From the NCBI GenBank assembly GCA_949358305.1, contig OX442314.1:62001-126000 (forward strand): a stretch of 64,000 bases of DNA. Reading direction: 5' to 3'. Below the pieces are notes generated by a model that was given only the letters and a program-made list of their open reading frames with translations, was not told where the DNA came from and searched no databases. Of this stretch, positions 34,871 to 48,328 are shown in pieces (the stretch's first letter is position 1; every line of letters begins with the position of its first letter). A program made the translations under genes and the position numbers. This DNA comes from Strigamia acuminata (taxonomy: Eukaryota).

Positions 34871-35393
34871 TGTCACGGATGTCCCTTCCCAATTCTTAAT
34901 TTTCAATTTATTTTCTACATTTCTTCCCGATTTAATTTATGCACGCAACCTTGTCGCGGTATTGTTTAACCTCAAACCCCGTTCTCGAGTTGGTGACAAT
35001 CGATCAGCTGATCACTCGATCAGCTGACCGATTGTTATAAATATCGCGTCGTGTCGATATGCCGACACTTCGCGACCGATACCCATTTGGACCACAAGTC
35101 AATTTATTTTCGTATCTATTTTTTCTGACCGTGCTCGCTCTAACTCCCACCTTTTTATTCATCCGGTGACATTCGAAGCCCCCATTTGAGCTACCGAATT
35201 ATCTGGAATTGGTCGATTATTTTCGATATAAAACATTATTCGATAACAAGAATCTAGTTGACAGAATTATTCAACGGAACCGGAGTTCTCGAATGACCGA
35301 CACCCACGCTGAAGGTCATTTTTACTACGGGGATTCCACGAACCTGCGACTGCGCGTTTAACACACGTTTTGTTTTGTAACGTCATTGTTACA
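34871..35393 (+). repeat. 3' LTR of element B
   Basis: Preceded by PPT-like GGGTGGCGGAGGA; direct repeat of 22844-23366. Confidence 0.95.
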
Positions 35394-38300
35394 GTATTTT
35401 ATGCCAAAAAATGCTGTATTTTATGCCAAAAAATGCTGTATTTTATGCCAAAAAATGCTGTATTTTATGCCAAAAAATGCTGTATTTTATGCCAAAAAAT
35501 GCTGTATTTTATGCCAAAAAATGCTGTATTTTATGCCAAAAAATGCTGTATTTTATGCCAAAAAATGCTGTATTTTATGCCAAAAAATGCTGTATTTTAT
35601 GCCAAAAAATGCTGTATTTTATGCCAAAAAATGCTGTATTTTATGCCAAAAAATGCTGTATTTTATGCCAAAAAATGCTGTATTTTATGCCAAAAAATGC
35701 TGTATTTTATGCCAAAAAATGCTGTTTTTGCGCATAAAAAGAATTTGTTTTTTGAAGAAATGTATTTTATACCAAAAAATGCTGTTTCGGTGCATTAAAA
35801 GCGTTTGTTTTTATGAGAAAAAATATTTTCTGCCTTCAAAATGCTGTTTTGGCGGATAAAAAGCGTTTGTTTTAATGAGAGAAAATATTTTATGCCTCCA
35901 GAATGCTATTTTGATGAATAAAAAGAGTTTGTTTTTGCGAATAAATGTATTTTATGTCAAAAAATGCTGTTTTTGCGCATAAAAAGACTTTGTTTTTTGA
36001 AGAAATGTATTTTATACTAAAAAATGCTGTTTCGGTGCATTTAAAGCGTTTGTTTTTATGAGAAAAAATATTTTAAGCTCTCAGTGCCCTCAGAGCCCTC
36101 AGAGCCCTCAGAGCCCTCAGAGCCCTCAGAGCCCTCAGAGCCCTCAGAGCCCTCAGAGCCCTCAGAGCCCTCAGAGCCCTCAGAGCTTTCAGAGCCCTCA
36201 GAGCCCTCAGAGCTCTCAGAGCCCTCACACCTCTCAGAGCCTTCAGAGCCCTCAGAGCCTTCAGAGCTCTTAGAGCCCTCACACTTCTCAGAGCCCTCAG
36301 AGCCCTCAGAGCCTTCAGAGCTCTCAGTGCCCTTAGAGCCCTCAGAGCCCTCAGAGCCCTCAGAGCCCTCAGAGCCCTCAGAGCCCTCAGTCCGCTCAGA
36401 GCTTTCAGAGCCCTCAAAGCCCTCAGAGCCCTCAGACTCAGAGCCCTCAGAGCCCTCAGAGCCCTCAGAGCTCTCAGAGCCCTCACACCTCTCAGAGCCT
36501 TCAGAGCCCTCAGAGCCTTCAGAGCTCTTAGAGCCCTCACACTTCTCAGAGCCCTCAGAGCCCTCAGAGCCTTCAGAGCCCTCAGAGCCCTCAGAGCCCT
36601 CAGATCCCTCAGAGCCCTCAGAGTCCTCAGAGCTCTCAGAGCCCTCAGACTCAGAGCCCTCAGAGCCCTCAGAGCCCTCAGAGCCCTCAGAGCCCTCAGA
36701 GCCCTCAGACTCAGAGTCCTCAGAGCCCTCAGTCCGCTCAGAGCTTTCAGAGCCCTCAAAGCCCTCAGAGCCCTCAGACTCAGAGCCCTCAGAGCCCTCA
36801 GAGCTTTCAGACTCAGAGCCCTTAGACTCAGAGCCCTCAGACTCAGAGCCCTCAGAAGTCTCAGAGCCCTCAGAAGTCTCAGAGCCCTCAGAAGTCTCAG
36901 AGCCCTCAGAGCCCTCAGAGCCCTCAGAGCCTCAAAAAACGCTGTATTTTATGCCAAAAAATGCTGTATTTTATGCCAAAAAATGCTGTATTTTATGTCA
37001 AAAAATGCTGTATTTTATGCCAAAAAATGCTGTATTTTATGCCAAAAAATGCTGTATTTTATGGGAAAAAATGCTGTATTTTATGCAAAAAAATGCTGTA
37101 TTTTATGCAAAAAAATGCTATATTTTATGCCAAAAAATGCTGTATTTTATGCCAAAAAATGCTGTATTTTATGCCAAAAATGCTGTATTTTATGCAAAAA
37201 AATGCTGTATTTTATGCAAAAAATGCTGTATTTTATGCCAAAAAATACTGTTTTTGTGCATAATAAGACTTTGTTTTTTGAAGAAATGTATTTTATACCA
37301 AAAAATGCTGTTTCGGTGCATTAAAAGCGTTTGTTTTTATGAGAAAAAATATTTTAAGCTCTCAGTGCCCTCAGAGCCCTCAGAGCCCTCAGAGCCCTCA
37401 GAGCTCTCAGAGCCCTCAGAGCCCTCAGAGCCCTCAGAGCCCTCAGAGCCCTCAGAGCCCTCAGAGCCCTCAGAGCCCTCAGAGCCCTCAGAGCTTTCAG
37501 AGCCCTCAGAGCCCTCAGAGCTCTCAGAGCCCTCACACCTCTCAGAGCTTTCAGAGCCCTCAGAGCCCTCAGAGCCTTCAGAGCTCTCAGTGCCCTCAGA
37601 GCCCTCAGAGCCCTCAGAGCCCTCAGAGTCCTCAGAGCCCTCAGAGTCCTCAGAGCCCTCAGAGCCCTCAGACTCAGAGCCCTCAGAGCCCTCAGAGCCC
37701 TCAGAGCCCTCAGAGCCCTCAGAGCCCTCAGAGCCCTCAGAGCCCTCAGAGCTTTCAGAGCCCTCAGAGCCCTCAGAGCTTTCAGAGCCCTCACACCTCT
37801 CAGAGCTTTCACAGCCCTCAGAGCCCTCAGAGCCTTCAGAGCTCTCAGTGCCCTCAGAGCCCTCAGAGCCCTCAGAGCCCTCAGAGCCCTCAGAGCCCTC
37901 AGAGTCCTCAGAGCCCTCAGAGCTCTCAGACTCAGAGCCCTCAGAGCCCTCAGAGCCCTCAGAGCCCTCAGAGCCCTCAGAGCCCTCAGAGCCCTCAGAG
38001 CCCTCAGAGCCCTCAGAGCCCTCAGAGCCCTCAGAGCCCTCAGAGCTTTCAGAGCTTTCAGAGCCCTCAGAGCCCTCAGAGCTCTCAGAGCCCTCACACC
38101 TCTCAGAGCTTTCAGAGCCCTCAGAGCCCTCAGAGCCTTCAGAGCTCTCAGTGCCCTCAGAGCCCTCAGAGCCCTCAGAGCCCTCAGAGCCCTCAGAGCC
38201 CTCAGAGTCCTCAGAGCCCTCAGAGCTCTCAGACTCAGAGCCCTCAGAGCTCTCAGAGCCTTCAGAGCTCTCAGTGCCCTCAGAGCCCTCAGAGCCCTCA

Positions 38301-39059
38301 GAGCCCTCAGAGCCCTCAGAGCCCTCAGAGTCCTCAGAGCCCTCAGAGCTCTCAGACTCAGAGCCCTCAGAGCCCTCAGAGCCCTCAGAGCCCTCAGAGC
38401 CCTCAGAGCCCTCAGAGCCCTCAGAGCCCTCAGAGCCCTCAGAGCCCTCAGACTCAGAGTCCTCAGAGCCCTCAGTCCGCTCAGAGCCCTCAGAGCCCTC
38501 AGAGCCCTCAGAGCCTCAAAAAACGCTGTATTTTATGCCAAAAAATGCTGTATTTTATGCCAAAAAATGCTGTATTTTATGGAAAAAAATGCTGTATTTT
38601 ATGGAAAAAAATGCTGTATTTTATGCCAAAAAATGCTGTTTTATGCCAAAAAATGCTGTTTTATGCCAAAAAATGCTGTATTTTATGCCAAAAAATGCTG
38701 TATTTTATGCCAAAAAATGCTGTATTTTATGCCAAAAAATGCTGTATTTTATGCCAAAAAATGCTGTATTTTATGCAAAAAAATGCTGTATTTTATGCAA
38801 AAAAAATGCTGTATTTTATGCAAAAAAATGCTGTATTTTATGCCAAAAAATGCTGTATTTTATGCAAAAAAATGCTGTATTTTATGCCAAAAAATACTGT
38901 TTTTGCACATAAAAAGACTTTGTTTTTTGAAGAAATGTATTTTATACCAAAAAATGCTGTTTCGGTGCATTAAAAGCGTTTGTTTTTATGAGAAAAAATA
39001 TTTTAAGCTCTCAGTGCCCTCAGAGCCCTCAGAGCCTTCAGAGCCCTCAGAAGTCTCAG

Positions 39060-40167
39060 CACTGGAAAAAAAATCAGATTTACTCACTTGTAAAGAATTG
39101 TAAATATATAGGTAGATGAATTTTACAAGTTTGTAAATTAGATTTACAAACAATTGAAAATAAGCCTTTTCCAAACTTATTTACAATCTGGAAAGAGACC
39201 ATTTCCGTGACTTTTTTTACAATAACTTTACAAACATTTTCAATTGTGTAATTATGAAATTTCATAATATATTTCCAATGTATTTCCAATGTATTTCCAA
39301 TATATTTCCAATATAAAAAACTACTACCCTCCATTTTGAAAAATTTAAATACACAAAGTCAATTTTTTTTTTAAGCTGTTTGATGTTTTATTTCAAACAC
39401 CATTCAACAATTAGTTTTCATTGATTTCATCACAATTTGCATGTTTTATTAACAGTTTTTTTTAGATTTATTTTAATCTTATAGTTTTCTTTTTTCTTAC
39501 CTTGACCTCTGCCAGAATTGAACCTGGAACCCTTTGTTCTAAAGACCACTGCTCTATCCACTAGGCTAGTATGACCTGTAGTAGTTTTATGCATAACTTT
39601 CTATATATAGTACTCCGTAACTTCTTTGTTAAATAATCTATTTGAGATTCATTGTATTAAAAATACAATCAATCTCACATTGATTATTTTTGGAAGAGTC
39701 GGATTGTTTCATCGACGGTACGTTTCATCGACACGTATTTCTCCGTCCCTGCGCCCTGATTGGCCCGATTTCATATTGTCCATGTCGGTTCGAAATTGGA
39801 TCGTTTTATTGTTCCTGACCGTATTTTATCTTGTTCTTGTTACATTTCAGATATTTAAATGTTACATTTAAATTTCAAGCATTTTCTTGCTTTTACATTA
39901 TTTTTACAATCATTGTAAAATGAAGTTTACAACACATTTCCATCTAAAAGAAAATTGATTGCAAACATAACATTTCAAACAAAAGATTTACAACTAATTG
40001 AAAATATGAATTTTCATCTCTAGGATTTACTACACATTTTCAGAAGTTTGGAAATATATAAATATTTCCAACACATTTCCAACAAATTTCCACATCGTAG
40101 TAAATTCAACTTTTCCATATAAATTTTCAACTTGGAAATGTTTGGAAATATGCTTTTTTTTCCAGTG
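39060..40167. mobile_element. Non-autonomous DNA transposon (CMC/Chapaev-3-like MITE), 1108 bp
   Basis: 14-bp TIR CACTGGAAAAAAAA/TTTTTTTTCCAGTG, 3-bp TSD CAG (39057-39059, 40168-40170), subterminal ~11-bp TATTTCCAATG-like repeats, no transposase. Superfamily is inferred from CACTG ends plus 3-bp TSD. Confidence 0.85.
39503..39576 (-). pseudogene. Degenerate tRNA-like segment inside the MITE
   Basis: Minus strand reads TAGCCTAGTGGATAGAGC (A-box-like) and CCAGGTTCAATTCTGG (B-box/T-arm-like). The acceptor stem does not pair. Confidence 0.45.
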
Positions 40168-43100
40168 CAGAGCCCTCAGAGCCCTCAGAGCCCTCAGAGT
40201 CTCAAAAAACGCTGTATTTTATGCCAAAAAATGCTGTATTTTATGCCAAAAAATGCTGTATTTTATGCCAAAAAATGCTGTATTTTATGCCAAAAAATGC
40301 TGTATTTTATGCCAAAAAATGCTGTATTTTATGCCAAAAAATGCTGTATTTTATGTCAAAAAATACTGTTTTTGTGCATAATAAGACTTAATTTTTGAAG
40401 AAATGTATTTTATACCAAAAAATGCTGTTTCGGTGCATTAAAAGCGTTTGTTTTTATGAGAAAAAATATTTTCTGCCTTCAAAATGCTGTTTTGGCGGAC
40501 AAAAAGCGTTTGTTTTAATGAGAGAAAATATTTTATGCCTCCAGAATGCTATTTTGATGAATAAAAAGAGTTTGTTTTTGCGAATAAATGTATTTTATGT
40601 CAAAAAACGCTGTTTTTGCGCATAAAAAGACTTTGTTTTTTGAAGAAATGTATTTTATACCAAAATATGCTGTTTCGGTGCATTAAAAGCGTTTGTTTTT
40701 ATGAGGGAAAGTATTTTATGCCTAAAAAATGCTTATTTTGTACATAAAAAGCGTTTGTTTTATGAGAAAAAATATTTTAAGCTCTCAGTGCCCTCAGAGC
40801 CCTCAGAGCCCTCAGAGCCCTCAGAGCCCTCAGAGCCCTCAGAGCCCTCAGAGCCCTCAGACTCAGAGCCCTCAGACTCAGAGCCCTCAGAAGTCTCAGA
40901 GCCCTCAGAGCCCTCAGAGCCCTCCAAGCCCTCAGAGCCCTCAGAGCCCTAAAAAATGCTGTATTTTATGCCAAAAAATGCTGTATTTTATGCCAAAAAA
41001 TGCTGTATTTTATGCCAAAAAATGCTGTATTTTATGCCAAAAAATGCTGTATTTTATGCCAAAAAATGCTGTATTTTATGCCAAAAAATGCTGTATTTTA
41101 TGCCAAAAAATGCTGTATTTTATGCCAAAAAATGCTGTATTTTATGCCAAAAAATGCTGTATTTTATGCCAAAAAATGCTGTATTTTATGCCAAAAAATG
41201 CTGTATTTTATGCCAAAAAATGCTGTATTTTATGCCAAAAAATGCTGTATTTTATGCCAAAAAATGCTGTATTTTATGCCAAAAAATGCTGTATTTTATG
41301 CCAAAAAATGCTGTATTTTATGCCAAAAAATGCTGTATTTTATGCCAAAAAATGCTGTATTTTATGTCAAAGAATGCTGTATTTTATGCCAAAAAATGCT
41401 GTATTTTATGCCAAAAAATGCTGTATTTTATGCCAAAAAATGCTGTATTTTATGCCAAAAAATGCTGTATTTTATGCCAAAAAATGCTGTATTTTATGCC
41501 AAAAAATGCTGTATTTTATGTCAAAAAATGCTGTATTTTATGCCAAATAATGCTGTCTTTTATGCCAAAAAATGCTGTATTTCATGCCAAAAAATGCTGT
41601 ATTTTATGCAAAAAAATGCTGTATTTTATGCCAAAAAATGCTGTTTTTGCGCATAAAAAGACTTTGTTTTTTGAAGAAATGTATTTTATACCAAAGAATG
41701 CTGTTTCGGTGCATTAAAAGCGTTTGTTTTTATAAGAAAAAATATTTTCTGCCTTCAAAATGCTGTTTTGGCGGACAAAAAGCGTTTGTTTTAATGAGAG
41801 AAAATATTTTATGCCTCCAGAATGCTATTTTGATGAATAAAAAGAGTTTGTTTTTGCGAATAAATGTATTTTATGTCAAAAAATGCTGTTTTTGCGCATA
41901 AAAAGACTTTGTTTTTTGAAGAAATGTATTTTATATCAAAAAATGCTGTTTTTGCGCATAAAAAGACTTTGTTTTTTGAAGAAATGTATTTTATACCAAA
42001 AAATGCTGTTTCGGTGCATTAAAAGCGTTTGTTTTTATGAGGGAAAGTATTTTATGCCTAAAAAATGCTTATTTTGTACATAAAAAGCGTTTATTTTATG
42101 AGAAAAAATATTTTAAGCTCTCAGTGCCTTCAGAGCCCTCAGAGCCCTCGGAGCTCTCAGAGCCCTCACAGCTCTCAGAGCCCTCAGAGCCCTCAGAGCC
42201 CGCAGAGCCCTCAGAGCCCTCAGAGCCCTCAGAGCCCTCAGACTCAGAGCCCTCAGACTCAAAGCCCTCAGAAGTCTCAGAGCTCTCAGAAGTCTCAGAG
42301 CCCTCAGAAGTCTCAGAGCCCTAAAAAATGCTGTATTTTATGCCAAAAAATGCTGTATTTTATGCCAAAAAATGCTGTATTTTATGCCAAAAAATGCTGT
42401 ATTTTATGCCAAAAAATGCTGTATTTTATGCCAAAAAATGCTGTATTTTATGCCAAAAAATGCTGTATTTTATGCCAAAAAATGCTGTATTTTATGCCAA
42501 AAAATGCTGTATTTTATGCCAAATAATGCTGTCTTTTATGCCAAAAAATGCTGTATTTTATGCCAAAAAATGCTGTATTTTATGCCAAAAAATGCTGTAT
42601 TTTATGCCAAAAAATGCTGTATTTTATGCCAAATAATGCTGTCTTTTATGCCAAAAAATGCTGTATTTCATGCCAAAAAATGCTGTATTTTATGCAAAAA
42701 AATGCTGTATTTTATGCCAAAAAATGCTGTTTTTGCGCATAAAAAGACTTTGTTTTTTGAAGAAATGTATTTTATATCAAAGAATGCTGTTTCGGTGCAT
42801 TAAAAGCGTTTGTTTTTATAAGAAAAAATATTTTCTGCCTTCAAAATGCTGTTTTGGCGGACAAAAAGCGTTTGTTTTAATGAGAGAAAATATTTTATGC
42901 CTCCAGAATGCTATTTTGATGAATAAAAAGAGTTTGTTTTTGCGAATAAATGTATTAGATGTCAAAAAATGCTGTTTTTGCGCATAAAAAGACTTTGTTT
43001 TTTGAAGAAATGTATTTTATATCAAAAAATGCTGTTTCGGTGCATTAAAAGCGTTTGTTTTTATGAGGGAAAGTATTTTATGCCTAAAAAATGCTTATTT

Positions 43101-43716
43101 TGTACATAAAAAGTGTTTGTTTTATGAGAAAAAATATTTTAAGCTCTCAGTGCCTTCAGAGCCCTCAGAGCCCTCAGAGCCCTCAGAGCCCTCGGAGCTC
43201 TCAGAGCCCTCACAGCTCTCAGAGCCCTCAGAGCCCTCAGAGCCCGCAGAGCCCTCAGAGCCCTCAGAGCCCTCAGAGCCCTCAGAGCCCGCAGACTCAG
43301 AGCCCTCAGAGCCCTCAGAGCCCTCAGAGCCCTCAGAGCCCTCAGAGCCCTCAGAGCCCTCAGACTCAGAGCCCTCAGACTCAGAGCCCTCAGAAGTCTC
43401 AGAGCCCTCAGAAGTCTCAGAGCTTTCAGAGCCCTCAAAGCCCTCAAAGCCCTCAGAGCCCTCATAGCCCTAAAAAATGCTGTATTTTATGCCAAAAAAT
43501 GCTGTATTTTATGCCAAAAAATGCTGTATTTTATGCCAAAAAATGCTGTATTTTATGCCAAAAAATGCTGTATTTTATGCCAAAAAATGCTGTATTTTAT
43601 GCCAAAAAATGCTGTATTTTATGCCAAAAAATGCTGTATTTTATGCCAAAAAATGCTGTATTTTATGCCAAAAAATGCTGTATTTTATGCCAAAAAATGC
43701 TGTATTTTATGCCAGG

Positions 43717-45154
43717 TGAGTGGTCAACATCCGTCGGCGAGCCCAGTGGATCATGTGGAAGCGGCGAGCACGAGCGCACAGAGAGCTGGTTCCCTTAGCG
43801 AGTTGTTGTTGCGTTATGCGCATGTTTTCAGTGAGTGTCTCGGTACCTATAAGGGAGACCCAGTCAACCTTATTTTAAGGCCTGACGCGGTCCCCAGGTT
43901 TTACAGGCCCAGGCCGATCCCGCTGCCCTTGAGAGATGCGGTCAGTTCCGAAATCGATGATTTGATTAGTAAGGGGGTGTTTAAGCCAATCCCGTTTTCC
44001 GCATGGGGGACCCCCCTCGTCACAGTTCGCAAGAAAGATGGGGGGGTTCGCCTGTGTGGCGATTACAGGTCCACCGTCAACGCAAACCTGCAGCCAGACC
44101 CTTATCCTTTACGCCGCATTGCTGAGCTTTTAGCCTCCATCGGGAGGGCGCGAGTGTTCAGTACGCTTGACCTTAGGCAAGCGTATTTGCAAATCCCGTT
44201 GTCCGAGGGGTCGGCCATTATAGCGGCCGTCAACACGCCCAAGGGCCTGATGGCCGTTACGAGGCTCCCGTTCGGGACCATGCCTTCTGCAGGCATATTT
44301 CAGCGCATTATCATCTCGGTCTTGGACGGGGTGCCTCGTATTTTTGTGTACTTGGACGACATTCTTATGGCAACTTGGAGTTTGCCGGAGCATTTGTGGG
44401 TTTTAGAGCAAATTTTTGTCAGGTTGGCTGATAGGGGATTACATCTGGCCAGGGAGAAGTGCTTATTTTGTCAGAGTGGGCTAAATTTTTTAGGGTTTGC
44501 GATTAGTGAGAAGGAAGTGAAACCCATCGCGTCAAAAGTGGAAGCGGTGTTGGCAATCCCACCTCCGGTGGATGTGAAGGGCCTCAGAACCTTTTTGGGA
44601 ATGGTGGCTTTTTATGCCGTGTTCATTGAGCACTTGGCTGATAAGGCGACGCCACTGTATGAACTTCTGTGCACTGACGCAAATTGGGTTTGGAACCAGC
44701 GTAGGCAGAGGGCGTTTGATGGGATCAAGCGGGCTTTGACCTCCGCTCCAATTTTGACATACTACGACCTCCACCGTCCGTTGGTGGTCGCATCAGACGC
44801 GTCCCCTTACGGGGTTGGAGCCGTCCTTGCCCACGTGGATGAGTTAGAGAGAGAATACCCGGTCGATTTTGCTTTCCGGTCCGTCAGCCGCGCCGAGAGC
44901 AATTATGCGCAGATAGATAAGGAGGCGCTGTCGGTTGTATTCGCGGTGAGAAAGTTCCACATTTACCTTATGGATAGGAAATTTACGATATACACCGACC
45001 ATAAGCCCTTGCTGGGCATCTTGGGGTCTGACTGGCCGATCCCCTTGGTGGTCAGCCCCAGGATGCTCCGCTGGGCCTTGCTTTTATCGGCATATTCATA
45101 TGTGTTGCGGTATCGCAGGGGGACGGACAATTCTAATGCTGATGTCCTGAGTAG
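43717..45154 (+). pseudogene. pol: Internal RT-RNase H fragment of Gypsy family A
   Basis: Near-identical to 18841-20278, with a few substitutions (DQV/DPV, LVA/LMA, KGV/KEV, PYRV/PYGV). No LTR or TSD. Confidence 0.92.
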
Positions 45155-48100
45155 TCTTTTTATGTGCAAAAACAGCATTTTTTGACATAAAATACATTTA
45201 TTCGCAAAAACAAACTCTTTTTATTCATCAAAATAGCATTCTGGAGGCATAAAATATTTTCTCTCATTAAAACAAACGCTTTTTATCCGCCAAAACAGCA
45301 TTTTGAAGGCAGGAAATATTTTTTCTCATAAAAACAAACGCTTTTAATGCACCGAAACAGCATTTTTTGGTATAAAATACATTTCTTCAAAAAACAAAGT
45401 CTTTTTATGCGCAAAAACAGCACTTTTTGGCATAAAATACATTTCTTCGCAAAAACAAACGCTTTTAATTCACCAAAACAGCATTCTTTGATATAAAATA
45501 CATTTCTTCAAAAAACAAAGTCTTTTTATGCGCAAAAACAGCATTTTTTGGCATAAAATACAGCATTTTTTTGCATAAAATACAGCATTTTTTTGCATAA
45601 AATACAGCATTTTTTGGCATAAAATACAGCATTTTTTGGCATAAAAGACAGCATTTTTTGGCATAAAATACAGCATTTTTTGGCATAAAATACAGCATTT
45701 TTTGGCATAAAATACAGCATTTTTTGGCATAAAATACAGCATTTTTTGGCATAAAATACAGCATTTTTTGGCATAAAATACAGCATTTTTTGGCATAAAA
45801 TACAGCATTTTTTGGCATAAAATACAGCATTTTTTGGCATAAAATACAGCATTTTTTGGCATAAAATACAGCATTTTTTGGCATAAAATACAGCATTTTT
45901 TGGCATAAAATACAGCATTTTTTTGCATAAAATACAGCATTTTTTTGCATAAAATACAGCATTTTTTGGCATAAAATACAGCATTTTTTGGCATAAAATA
46001 CAGCCTTTTTTTGGGCTCTGAGGGCTCCAAGGGCTTTGAGGGCTTTGAGGGCTCTGAGGACTCTGAGACTTCTGAGGGCTCTGAGACTTCTGAGGGCTCT
46101 GAGACTTCTGAGGGCTCTGAGACTTCTGAGGGCTCTGAGACTTCTGAGGGCTCTGAGACTTCTGAGGGCTCTGAGACTTCTGAGGGCTCTGAGACTTCTG
46201 AGGGCTCTGAGACTTCTGAGGGCTCTGAGACTTCTGAGGGCTCTTAGTCTGAGGGCTCTGAGTCTGAGGGCTCTGAGTCTGAGGGCTCTGAGGGCTCTGA
46301 TTGCTCTGGCGCTCTGAGGGCTCTGAGGGCTCTGAGAGCTCTGAGGGCTCTGAGGGCTCTGAGGGCTCTGAGGGCTCTGAGGGCTCTGAGGGCTCTGAGG
46401 TTTCTGAGGGCTCTGAGGGCTCTGAGGGCTCTGAGGGCTCTGAGGGCACTGAGAGTTTAAAATATTTTTTCTCATAAAACAAACGCTTTTTATGTACAAA
46501 ATAAGCATTTTTTAGGCATAAAATACTTTCCCCCTTAAAACAAACGCTTTTTATGTACAAAATAAGCATTTTTTAGGCATAAAATACTTTCCCTCATAAA
46601 AACAAACGCTTTTAATTCACCGAAACAGCATGTTTTGGTATAAAATACATTTCTTCAAAAAACAAAGTCTTATTATGCTCAAAATCAGCATTTCTTGCCA
46701 TAAAATACGTTTCTTTGCAATAACAAACGCTTTTTATTCATCAAAATAGCATTCTGGAGACATAAAATATTTTTTCTCATAAAAAGAAACGCTTTTAATG
46801 CACCAAAACAGCATTTTTTTGGTATAAAATACATTTCTTCAAAAAACAAAGTCTTTTTATGCGCAAAAACAGCATTTTTTGGCATAAAATACAGCATTTT
46901 TTGGCATAAAATACAGCATTTTTTGGCATAAAATACAGCATTTTTTGGCATAAAATACAGCATTTTTTGGCATAAAATACAGCATTTTTTGGCATAAAAT
47001 ACAGCATTTTTTGGCATAAAATACAGCATTTTTTGGCATAAAATACAGCATTTTTTGGCATAAAATACAGCATTTTTTGGCATAAAATACAGCATTTTTT
47101 GGCATAAAATACAGCATTTTTTGGCATAAAATACAGCATTTTTTGGCATAAAATACAGCATTTTTTGGCATAAAATACAGCATTTTTTGGCATAAAATAC
47201 AGCATTTTTTGGCATAAAATACAGCATTTTTTGGCATAAAATACAGCATTTTTTGGCATAAAATACAGCATTTTTTGGCATAAAACACAGCCTTTTTTGG
47301 GCTCTGAGGGCTCCGAGGGCTTTGAGGGCTTTGAGGGCTCTGAGGACTCTGAGACTTCTGAGGGCTCTGAGACTTCTGAGGGCTCTGAGACTTCTGAGGG
47401 CTCTGAGACTTCTGAGGGCTCTTAGTCTGAAAGCTCTGAGTCTGAGGGCTCTGAGTCTGAGGGCTCTGAGTCTGAGGGCTCTGAGGGCTCTGAGGGCTCT
47501 GAGTCTGAAAGCTCTGAGGGCTCTGATTGCTCTGAGGGCTCTGAGGGCCCTGAGGGCTCTGAGGGCTCTGAGGGCACTGAGAGTTTAAAATATTTTTTCT
47601 CATAAAACAAACGCTTTTTATTCATCAAAATAGCATTCTGGAGACATAAAATATTTTTTCTCATAAAAAGAAACGCTTTTAATGCACCGAAACAGCATTT
47701 TTTTGGTATAAAATACATTTCTTCAAAAAACAAATTCTTTTTATGCGCAAAAACAGCATTTTTTGGCATAAAATACAGCATTTTTTGGCATAAAATACAG
47801 CATTTTTTGGCATAAAATACAGCATTTTTTGGCATAAAATACAGCATTTTTTGGCATAAAATACAGCATTTTTTGGCATAAAATACAGCATTTTTTGGCA
47901 TAAAATACAGCATTTTTTGGCATAAATTACAGCATTTTTTGGCATAAAATACAGCATTTTTTGGCATAAAATACAGCATTTTTTGGCATAAAATACAGCA
48001 TTTTTTGGCATAAAATACAGCATTTTTTGGCATAAAATACAGCATTTTTTGGCATAAAATACAGCATTTTTTGGCATAAAATACAGCATTTTTTGGCATA

Positions 48101-48328
48101 AAATACAGCATTTTTTGGCATAAAATACAGCATTTTTTGGCATAAAATACAGCATTTTTTGGCATAAAATACAGCATTTTTTGGCATAAAATACAGCATT
48201 TTTTGGCATAAAATACAGCATTTTTTGGCATAAAATACAGCATTTTTTGGCATAAAATACAGCATTTTTTGGCATAAAATACAGCATTTTTTGCCATAAA
48301 ATACAGCATTTTTTGGCATAAAATACAG
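45155..48328 (-). repeat. Composite satellite array 4 (minus orientation)
   Basis: Reverse complement of the same blocks: (GGCATAAAATACAGCATTTTTT)n, (GGGCTCTGA)n, and an expanded 18-mer at about 46060-46240. Confidence 0.96.

Larger units (their letters stand above)
22844..35393 (+). mobile_element. Full-length Gypsy element B (12.55 kb; gag, pol, extra ORF3)
   Basis: Two 523-bp LTRs (TGTCAC...GTTACA), PBS at 23371, purine-rich tract before 34871, three long open ORFs, domain order PR-RT-RH-IN. Confidence 0.96.
35394..43714 (+). repeat. Composite satellite array 3 (plus orientation)
   Basis: Same 9/15/18-, 22- and 60-61-bp blocks as array 1; interrupted at 39060-40167. Confidence 0.96.

Noticed and set aside
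36084..38912. (SEP)n, (SPQ)n and (RAL)n ORFs as a mucin-like gene
   Set aside because: The 9/15/18-bp units lack stops in most frames, so ORFs arise on both strands. Frames shift freely between units (for example near 3850 and 5543) and run into the 22-mer. A remote coding origin cannot be excluded but has no support.
43521..45185. 554-aa satellite-RT fusion gene
   Set aside because: The N-terminus is 22-mer translation joined by chance to a pol fragment; no promoter evidence.
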